From Trichinella spiralis (Eukaryota): a stretch of DNA of 64,000 bases. The translations under genes and the position numbers were made by a program. How positions within the stretch are numbered: position 1 is the first letter of the stretch; each line of letters opens with the position of its first letter. The DNA lies in NCBI RefSeq assembly GCF_000181795.1, contig NW_003526941.1, positions 11,272,161 through 11,336,160 on the forward strand, in the 5' to 3' direction. Positions 29,601-40,147 of the stretch are shown one piece after another. The notes under the pieces are model-generated. The model saw nothing but the letters and a program-made list of their open reading frames with translations, searched no databases and was not told the origin of the DNA.

Positions 29601-29723
29601 TGCGACTGCGTTGAACCCAATTCCAATGGCAATTCCGGTCGTCTGAACGACGATTCTTCCTCTTCGCCCGAATCCAACTGCACCGGTGGTGGTAAAACGG
29701 TGATGCTTCGATCGAAAGTCTGA
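26691..29723 (+). CDS. Circularly permuted ATP-grasp (carboxylate-amine ligase-like) protein, 2 exons (26691-26712, 28144-29723), 533 aa
   Basis: Exon 1 ATGGTCTCCACGAAAGCATCAG|gtaagc (phase 1) joins ttag|AG at 28144 in frame with the 562-aa ORF. GADLIR...VIEMNSCPSG lies near the N-terminus, followed by RNKL, VVKVPYSNCGVGV, YIVQ, DLRFMV and a later R...TNLS. Confidence 0.75.
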
Positions 29724-31031
29724 TTGCCGGTTTTAATAATTATTCATTCTGTACATATTCTCTTCTTTTTGTAACTATCTATGCCGACACGACTGAATTC
29801 AATTTAATTTGTTTGTTTGTTTTTATATTTATTTATACTTGTTCATGTACGCATGATAATTTTGCCCTCAACCTTGCCGATGTTCATTTCATTCTTGAAA
29901 ATGGTCGAAATTTGACTAATTACATGTTGCTGCTGTTCGCATTTTGCAATGGGCAAAAATAAAATTTTCATTTTAATTAATTGGCTTATCAATTTTGAAC
30001 TTGCTTAATGTGGAAAATTGCTTTTAGCGCATAATTTGAACTTTTAAAATATTTGAAACAAAACCTTACGGCAATTGACAATTTGCGAATTTTGTTAAAA
30101 AGAGAAATTTTTTAATAATTATTTTTCTGGTATCTGCTTCTGCTTGTGAAATGCGAATGTGTCGCATTTGAAAAAAAAACACATATTACCACTATTTATT
30201 CGTAGGATTGTGATTTGTTACAGTATACGATAAGTGAAAAGAAATTTTTGATTTAATTTTTCATTTCAAATTGCAAACAAAAACATTCCCAATTACAAAT
30301 ATACTTGTTTATCAATAACCAACTGTAAAAGTTTGTCTACTGTAAAAGTGAAAAATTTGCATTTGCGTTTCGTAGTCTTACATTGTTTTTTGTTTTTGAA
30401 TTTGAATTGAACAATCAATAATCAATCGTGGGGTAAATTTGAAATTTTCTTCAATTAGTTAGTTAGTTTTTTTTTCGTTCAAAGTGATTTTTAAAGCAGA
30501 GAAGAAAAATGAATTTTTCTCTTCCAATATTTTGATTGTTTGGTGAATGAATATAGTGTTTGAGGAAATAAGAAAAAAAACGGCCAGTTCAAGAATTGAA
30601 GTTGATGAGTGTTGAAATGATTCATATTTGAACACACACAAACAGAGAAAGAGAAATAGAGAACACGTTGTTGGTCGGATTCATTTTTCAAACTTGAAAT
30701 ACAAACCATTGCCACGCCCCATCTGGTGGGGTATGTGGGCGGTGGACAATACTTTAGAGCTGAATGTGATGCCGAAGTTGTAGTGTGGTGGTGTTATTGG
30801 TCGGTTGGGATTTTTCGTCATACTGCTGTTGCTGGTGGTGATGATGATGATTTTCCACATTTTTGAAATACGACACCAGACACCAACTGAATTGCAATAA
30901 AATCGACACGCTTGCATTCGCTTATTTGTTGGAAAATATTCTCACAATTGTTGCTAGTCTGCTTGCTGCTAATAGTTGTTTGTTGGCTGACTTTTGAGAA
31001 AAGTTTGTTTGTTTTTTTGTTTTCATCAGCC

Positions 31032-31747
31032 ATGATTATTGGACAACTTTTGCTTTTCTATTTTTTCTTTGTTAGTGATTTTGATCGAACAAGTAAATCA
31101 AATTGTTTATATATTATTGAAAATTTATTTGTTGTTTAAATGGAAAAAATTTCAGTCAGCCATAAAATTGGCAATTGTCCAATTTTATCGGCAAAAGTTG
31201 ACGAAAATGCCCAAGATGCGTGTCACAAGGATGAAGATTGTCCAGGTAGACGTATCTGTTGTCGAACTGTTCTCGGCCGCGTTTGTATGTATCCCGAAAA
31301 AATGATTGCCGTTGGTAATGGAAAATTTGAATATTCATGTTTGTTTATTTGTTTGTTTGTTGTTGTCAATTTTGAACGTACTGCAGAACGAAAAGGCAGA
31401 TGTCCGTTGTTTACGGGAAAAGTGAAATTGGATGCGCGTGATCAGTGCGTTCGATTCGATGACTGCGATGAAAATCGACTCTGTTGCCAAACTATTTCCG
31501 GAAAAGTTTGCCTCAAACCGGAACTTCGACCAGCTAAAGGTTCAAAGTTTATTCATTTTAATTAATTATATTTTTTTTTAATTAAATTGTGTTCGCAGAA
31601 ATAGAAAAAATTCGACGAGAATGTCCGAAATTTTTTGGACCGAAATTTCAAAATAGCATTGATCGTTGCGATATTGACGACGATTGTGAACGAGGATGGA
31701 CATGCTGCGATACGGCGGGAGGAAGGCGATGCCTTTTGCCGGATTAG
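31032..31747 (+). CDS. Small secreted protein with three tandem WAP-like (6-Cys) domains, 4 exons
   Basis: Hydrophobic leader MIIGQLLLFYFFFVS. Phase-1 introns separate exons 31032-31092, 31156-31314, about 31388-31539 and 31599-31747. Each of the last three exons encodes CP-x(12-14)-CxxxxDC-x5-CCxTxxGxxC. Confidence 0.8.
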
Positions 31748-31954
31748 GAAAAGAAAAACAATTTTCCAATTTGTTGATTCACGCAAAATTCATTCTATCT
31801 TTACACATCATCACAATCACATCGTCGGTTTTATTGGTTCTTTTTTAAATAATTATATTGGTAAGAAAATTTTTTTTAGCATACCAAAATTCAAAACAAA
31901 AGGGGAAAATGAAATAAATTATTTTTTTTTCTGAATTCGGTTCAATTCGAATAT

Positions 31955-33685
31955 TTATTCTTTGTAAGATTCTAAGATCTTCTCGTACCATTCAGGATAA
32001 GCAGCAGCAATGTCGTCGTTGATGGAATTCAAACTTTCGCACGCGTAACGTATATGCTCGTTGAGAAATTCCAAACCACTTCGAGCTGTGAAATAAGACT
32101 TTTTCAATAATGCAAACAAATAAATAAGTAAATAAATTTTTTTTCACTTTTGAACATTAAAATTTTCTTGATACCATCAATTTGAGCATCCAGCCGATTT
32201 TGAAAAATCATTCGAGCGGCAAATTTTTCTGCCTAAACACCATTACCCAATAGATATATATATATATCGACCTAGTGGACGTTGTTTTTTGAAATAAAAA
32301 AAAATTTAATAATACTGTCTCTTCAGATACGTGCAGTAAATTGCCCATATCTTTCAGGGTAATATTTTTGTAAAATTTACTAGCTGACATCAAACCGTGT
32401 TCGATAAATGCAGACTGTGCAACGGTGAAACCTGGAAAAATATTTAATATATATATATTATTTTTTTCTTTAAAAAACTTTATATGCAAAATGACTTTTT
32501 ACCATCTTTCGTTGGTTGCAATTGATGCACTGGCAATTCTTTTTCCACTTCTGCTGCCAAATCCAACGGCAGAATATTTTCGAGAAACCTGAACAAAAAA
32601 AAATAATATTTTTCAACAATTTATGAATGAATTTTAAATTTTGAATTACATTTTTTCCAATATTGGAAATAATGGAAATTGTTTAGTTCGACTGTCTTTG
32701 TAAAGTGCGCTAAGCAGTCGAGAGCGTAACTGATTTACGGGCGACAAAATTGCGCACAAAACTGCAGATCGTATCATTTGTGTTCGATCTTCCACTGGCA
32801 AAAGAATGCATAGCGACACTTCGTAAAATCGTTTCGCAGCATCGTTGAACTTTTGCCGACCTTGCAAAATCCGTGCACAAAGCATCTAAATTCACATGCT
32901 AATCATGCAAATATTATTCATTTGCATTCCAATCTATTTTCACCTTCTTCCTCGCTTCAATATCACAGTTTTCACATTTGAATATTTGACTCGACCGGTG
33001 AACGTACGTTTCGGCTTCTTGGAAATCGGCTGCTTCAATGTAATACGCTGCAATGCGCAAATAAGCGAACGCTCCTTCTATGTCTTCAGAACTGAATTCA
33101 TTGAAAATAATACACATCAGAAACTGTATTTTTCAATGTTATTTGTTTTTGTTTTGTTCAAACCGATTTTCCCACGGAATGCTTGCCAAATAATCCGCAG
33201 CTTTACGCCATTCTTGCTTATTCGCCGCAGTCTTCGCCAGAAACAATTTTATAGCAACTACCTGGAAGATGGAAGTGGAAACACCAAATATACAATATTC
33301 AACAATACAATTAATCAACTTGCTTGATCTTCCAACGAAATTGCTCTTCCTTCCAAACTTTCCAAAACATGCGTAACAAGCGGAACCGCTAATGATTCGG
33401 ACATTTCTTTTACAATTTCAAGAAATCCCGAAATGAATGTACGAGTAGCTGTCAGACCCATTCTTTCAGAAAGTACAAAATCAATCATAGAAATCATGTG
33501 CGTCATAATTTCTTGGTCATTTCTTGCATTTTCCAATATTGGACGAAGCTGTGCAACAGAACTGAAAAGAAAATACAAAATTTTTTGAAACCAAAAGATA
33601 CACGCGAAATCAATTTATACATATCAATCGATGATTCAATTGGTGATACAACGTCGGCGTTGTTGTTCCTTTCGTCGGCATTCAT
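31955..33685 (-). CDS. csn-4: COP9 signalosome subunit 4 (PCI domain), multi-exon
   Basis: RAISLEDQVVAIKLFLA, AYLRIAAYYIE, CAILSPVNQLRSRLLSALYKDSR...FPILEKM, IEHGLMSASKFYKNITLKDMGNLL and the C-terminal AYPEWYEKILESYKE* match the CSN4 pattern. The start at ATG 33685 (MNADERNNN) is inferred. Confidence 0.88.
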
Positions 33686-34611
33686 CGTTGCACAACTGCA
33701 AGCTGGAAGATTCTTTTCAAACTTAAAATGCATCAAAAGTGAAAAAAATGAAACAAACAGTTGCTATTTATTTCAACAATGCGTAAATTTATTCCGTTTT
33801 TGCAAAGGAATTGAAATGCAAGTTCTGGAATATGGTTAAGTTCAGTACAACTTTACAGTACAATGGAAAATATAATACAAATTTTGCAACCTGAAGCTAT
33901 ATCAATTAATCACCCTTTCAATATTTTAACATTCAAGTGGCCATTCTAACAAATTTGTTAATAAAATTACTGTATTTAACATCACTCAGGTATAAAAACA
34001 TTTTTTTAATTTTACAATAATAAAATTATGTAATTTGAACACGACAAATGAATTACTTTTAAATTTATATAATACTTTCAAATATTTGAAATGCATTTAT
34101 TTAACATAAACAATTAATAAAACGCTGTTAAGCAGAAGAATTTTTTTCAGCATTTACATTTGATAATAATAATGATGAAAACATAGTTGGCTGTATTTTA
34201 ACTTTTGGTAACTTTAATGCAATGTCACTGATTTGAAAATTCTCACATGATAATCAAGTACACTTTTAGCGTCATATTCTCTTTGGGCTCAATTAGTTAA
34301 ATGTGCAGCAAAATATTTTCCACAACAATTACTATTGCAGTAACTTAAAAATCAACTTACGGTATTCTTATACTTTTCTAATAATTTGTTCCTTTGGGGA
34401 GGGAATTGGTTTTTCCACATGATCTTATAAATTAATTGAACAACATGAGTTAGTCTGATAGAATATTTTTATCTTTTCTTTTGAATTTAATCTCCAGTTT
34501 ATAATCGTTACCTATATATCAAATTGTATCTATTTGATTTTTTGATATTCATCAATGTATATCTGAATCTTGTTTATCAGTTGTTCGGTTGATACAGAGA
34601 AATTTTGCGCA

Positions 34612-36738
34612 ATGAAATATTGTGATTGTGTTAAAAGATTTCAAGAATATCTTCAAATTAAGACAGTACATCCACATCCTGATTATGGTAATTTTTAATA
34701 AATTTGAACGTGAAATTTTATTTTTCGTTTATCGAAATTTATATTTTAGCAAAAGCTGTACAATATTTACACCAAATTGGTGAATCGATACCGCTGAAAT
34801 GTGAAGTTTTTACTGTTGCCTCAGGAAACCTCTTGTTAATCATGACATTAGAAGGAACCGAACCATCATTGCCCAGCATATTACTTAATTCTCATATGGA
34901 TGTGGTTCCTGCTTATGAGGTTTCCATTTTGCAACTGCAATAAATTTCAACAAACAGCGTCTAATTTAGGAAAAATGGAAGTATGATCCTTTTAGTGGGC
35001 ATATGGATGAAAAAGGTGACATATATGGTCGTGGTTCTCAAGATATGAAGAATGTTGGTATGCAGTAAGTTATCGTTTATTAATTGTTTTCATTTAAAGG
35101 AAGTATTTGTGATAATCATAATAGTGATAACTTTATTTTAGATATTTAGAAGCGATTTTGCATTTGAAGCGTCAAGGAAAAACATTCAAAAGGACAATTC
35201 ACTTGTCCTTTGTTCCCGGTAATTAATATTTTATATCTATCATGATTATGAACAGTTTTTAATTTTAATGGCCCTATTTTTTCACTGAAAAACTTGTATA
35301 GATGAAGAAATGGGAGGAAAACTCGGAATGGCAAAATTTATCGAAACAGATAGTTTCAAGAAACTAAATGTAGGTGTATGCTTAGATGAAGGTAAATTGC
35401 ATTAGTCTTTATAAAAATACTTTTCTGTAGCTAAATATGATTATAGGAATAGCAACTGAAGACGATGTTTATCGAATTTATTATGCAGAAAGGAATACAT
35501 GGTGTATGAATTGACGCGAAACGGAAATTTCTCATCATTAATATATGCATGTTTATCGATGTAGGGATAAAATTAACTTGTCATGGAAACCCAGGTCACG
35601 CTTCAAAGTTTATTGAAAATACAGCTGCTGAAAAAATGGTATTATATCTTTTTTGCATTTTATTTATAACTGTTTTATTAACTTTAGCTACAAATTTTAG
35701 AAATTTTTACTCGACAAATTTCTCAATATACGTGAATCAGAAAAGGCTAGAATGAAATGTAACCCCAGTCTGACAATGGGAGATTTAATGACTGTCAATT
35801 TAACAGAGCTGTCGGTACTGAATTCTTTTAGCATAAAATTTTTACCATGACTGTTGATCATTTATTTAGTAATCAATTCCATCACTTGGACATTATCTGT
35901 ACTTTTAGCGTTCTACGTAGAGCATTATGTAAATTTTAACTTTATTTACATTGACATGATCAGAATATTAATAATTAATGATTTTATTATCTTGTTTCAA
36001 GTTTTTTGATTGTTTTTAATTTTTAAAGGGAGGAGTGCAACCAAATGTTGTTCCTTCTGAACTTACTGCTGGTAAGATATGTCGTTTTTTGAACTAAATA
36101 TTACTAATGCGTATTAATTTTAGTTTTTGATATACGCCTTCCACCTACAGTCGATTGTGAAGTAATCTCAAAGATAGTTAACAACAAAAAAATCAAATAA
36201 AATTAAATATTTTTTCTAGCGTTTAAAAAAGGAGATTGACTCTTGGTTAATTCAAGCCGGTGGCGGAATTGATTTAGAGTTTATTGAGGTGTGAATTTTT
36301 TTTTATTTTTTACATGTAATAGTGAAGCCATCTTTTTCTTTTGACCATCCTTGTATGCGATTAGATAATTATAAAACATTTCGTAATTTTACAGTATGGA
36401 GATAATTCATATATGTCTCCAACCGATGCGAATGATAAATGGTGGAAAGCTATTACGGAAATATTTAATGAAAGAAAGATGAAATATAAAGCTGAAATAT
36501 TTACTGGGGCTACAGATGCTCGCTTTTTGCGCAGTGTAAATTATGCATTTCTATAGATTTAAAGTGAATAAATGATATTTATTTATTTTAGAAATTAATT
36601 CCCGCCTATGGTTTCAGCCCGATGATAAAGACGCCTGTTCTTCTTCATGACAACGATGAACGTTTGAACAAAGATGTTTACTTAGAAGGTATCCAAATTT
36701 ACGAACAACTTATCGAGGGATTGGCAAATGTTCCATAA
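34612..36738 (+). CDS. ACY1: Aminoacylase-1 (M20A zinc amidohydrolase), multi-exon
   Basis: [70 protein letters not shown] and [12 protein letters not shown] are all present, so the metal-ligand motifs are intact. Confidence 0.93.
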
Positions 36739-37004
36739 CAGTTACGCATGACATGCAGTTTTTTTCACATAATTCCTTACTAGTTTTGATTATGTATTTC
36801 TTTTAATTAGGAATATTTACATTTTCTACAATAGTATGTAATTTTAAATTGTTCAGCATTGATAAAAAATTTTGTTCACAATAAAAATGTATTTGTACTT
36901 AATTTGTCTTAACAATTGTTCTTTTAAATATATAATAATTGATAAACAGCTGAAAAGTACAAAATACGTGGGCATGGGCAAAGCAAAGTTAATTAATAAT
37001 CAAA

Positions 37005-40000
37005 TCACCAGATTCTGTGCGATTCTCCTCCTGGCGGTTTCACCACTCTTTTTGACATTCGTCTGATGTCCTTATCATCACCCACTTGTTCGCCTAAAAT
37101 GTACAATTATTGTTAAAATTATCATATTGACATTGTAAAATAAAAACTGTACGTACCACTTAAAAGGAAAGTTGAGTCGAGTAAATTGCGACATCCGGCG
37201 TTTGTCATTGGACGATTGTGAAATTCTTCGGTGTTAGTGCGATTTGCATGGTCTTTGCGAATTTCAGATTCCAAGTGCAGGCCATCTAGCATGTGGTGTG
37301 GTATTTTCTCTCTCGCAATAACACGATGGTATGCAACACCGCTAAATGGGGCCAAAGATATGTATTTTCCACTTCCGGCTGTAGCTGTTACCTGTAAATA
37401 ATCCCGACTGCAATAACCACATTATACACTTGATGAATAGCAGTATTTTAAGATTTTCAAAAAATCAAATTACAAACAACCCTACCTTTTAATTGAATTT
37501 CATTTACACATTTAAAAATAAAACAAAAACGCTTTAAACATATTATTCAATTATGATGTGGAATTTCGGTATTTCAAAATAAAGATTTTCACGTTTAGAT
37601 ATACAGTACTTTACAAAAGTGTTGCATGTCTATTAACTGGAAATGAGCGACTTAAAAATTTACCTCTCCATTTTCAAACACTATATTTCCATTCGAGATG
37701 GTTACAATAGGAATGCCAACACAGCGGAAACCTTCAAAAATGTTGCAATCAGAGGCTGACTGATGCTTTTCCGAAGAAATTATTCTTTCCGCTGTTGGAT
37801 CCCAGATTACCAAATCTGCATCAGAGTCAACGGCAATACGGCCCTGAAGGCAAGAAAAGAGATAACATTTTAAGAATAATAATTAAAAATGGTTATAAAA
37901 TACTTTTTTTGGATAGATGTTAAACATTTTTGCTGCATTTGAACTGGTAACGGCGACGAATCGCATCAAATCCATTTTCCCAGTATTCTGAAGAAAAAGG
38001 ATTTACTTCTTCTATTTCAAGAATCCGAAAGTTGTGAAGAAAAAAAAATTACCACTGCATTTTGCCAGACAATCATCATCCGTTCCTCAGCTCCATGTAC
38101 ACCACATGGAATGCGACTAAAATCGTTCAGACCAACATTTTTCTGTTGGCTAGTGAAAGCACAGTGTCCACTGTTGACCATTTGCAGTTCATCACACGCA
38201 AGCCGATTTATAAATTTCGATCTTAAGCTGCTTTCTGGTCTTATGGGAGGTGAAGTAACGAATGCAGACGCATTTTTAAAATTCGAATCATAAATTTGGC
38301 TTCCATCTGCACCCAGAGCTGCACAGGTCGTCTCGCCGAAAACAACTTGCCCTATGTGATACGACAACTTTCAAAATTTCATTTTTCAGGTAAGAATTTT
38401 TTTAATTATCTTTTTATTATCATTTTTAATGATTATTATTTTAAAATGTTTTTGAGCTGTTGTTATTGACTGTTATTATTGGGCTTGTTGTTGTTGTTGT
38501 TACAATACTTGTACATTTTGTATTTTAAATCAGTCATTCAATTCAAATCAAATCATTCAGCGACGCGAGAAGTAATAGCGTGTTTTGCCTTCGTTTCTTG
38601 GTGAAATAACATAAACAAGGCAGTGCAATTTAAAATTTATTTTTCTTTTTGTCTATTCGTTATCGTTTTAAACAACTGAAAGGGAATCAATTTTCAACCA
38701 TTATTTGCATATTTAACGTTTTCCATACTTCCCCTCTATTTTTCGATGTTCAGGTACAATTTACTGTTGATACGATCACTTAGAACAGTTATTAAAATTT
38801 TTCGCTGACATTTTAAACTCATTAATATTATTATTAAGATATTGTTTGTGATTTTTATTATTTAATTTCTATTAACATATTGAATTGTTCTATTTAAAAT
38901 GTGACTGCCAAAGAATTGTTATAAAATTAAAGAAAGAGTTAGCTATTGAATTATAAATAAGTTGAGTACAGTAGTTAAATGCATGCCATACCATTTTTAC
39001 GTGCACTGGCTATTTTTTTTGCTGCTGATTTGCTCATTATCGATGTCACACTGAGGGGACAGTTTGCAAGCTGCGCTATAGAGCAGACACGCATTGTCAT
39101 TTCTGATTCAAGCTTAAAAAATGAATTTATCATTTGCATTCTCTTCTAATTTACTCACTAGTTCAGGATGGCTGAGCAGGATAGTTGCTGGATTCATTTT
39201 GTAGGCTCCGGTAGCTTTCAGTTCTTCCTCTTTCTGGCAATAATGGAAAGAAAAATTACATTCACTTCTTACACAGAATCCAATGTTATAATTTATAAAA
39301 ATAAGTTTACCACAGAAATCAGATCGCCATGTTCAGCGTGAATTCTCGGTAAAGCGCCCAAAACTTTACAGTGCTTGTACGTTTGGTACAAATTGGTGTC
39401 TTTCAGAAATGTTGAATCTTTGCTAGCCGTACACAGTTTGAAAGAGTTCACACCTGAATGTAACACGTACGTACGAATAATAATTTTCCACAACTAATAA
39501 AAGCATTAATTTTTACCGTGCTTCATCACTAATTCATTCATTTCTTGTTTCGTCTGATCTGACCAATCTTTCAAAGCAACACTAAACGCATAATCACAGC
39601 ATACTTTTGAATCGGCCTTGCTTTTCCATTCTTTGAAGGTGGTTAACAAAGAATTTTGATCAGTCTGAATGCAATTGACTAAAATTAATATTATTTTATA
39701 ATTAAATTGCTCATGTTAACTGAAATCACAATACCAATGAATGTAGTTCCTCCAGCAAGAGCAGCTTTTGTACCTCGAAAGAAATCATCCGCTGAAGTAA
39801 TACCCATAGACTGCCATTCAAAATGTGTATGCGAATCGATACCACCTGAATAGAATAAATTTACTGGAATAATGTTTATCTAAAATGATCAAAGATTCAA
39901 AGATTGCCTGGAAAAATGTATTTTCCTTCAGCATTGATCACTCGAGCATCTTTAACTTCCAGATTTTGCGAGATTTCTCTGAAAAAAAAATTTGCATATA

Positions 40001-40147
40001 TATATATATCATAAATAGGATGGAACAGAATATTAGTTTTGTCAATTATTACTGAATTTTCCCATCTTTAACTAGAATATCAGCGTGAATGATGCAATCT
40101 TCGTTGATTACCTTTCCTCCTTTTATTATCAGAGTATGCATGGCCGC
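37005..40147 (-). CDS. unc-33: UNC-33/CRMP dihydropyrimidinase-like protein, common exons (ATG at 40141, exon preceded by an acceptor at 40148)
   Basis: [95 protein letters not shown], and a CRMP-type tail [12 protein letters not shown]...[14 protein letters not shown]. Two catalytic DHPase positions are substituted in CRMP fashion (see findings). Confidence 0.85.

Noticed and set aside
26691..36738. ATP-grasp ligase plus aminoacylase as a metabolic gene cluster
   Set aside because: They are separated by the unrelated WAP and CSN4 genes, and ACY1 is an ordinary intron-rich housekeeping gene. None of the usual bacterial partners (alpha-E, transglutaminase, peptidase) is seen.
38381..38395. 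ttttcag|gtaag recursive-splice-like motif
   Set aside because: It is on the strand opposite unc-33, and no plus-strand gene spans it.
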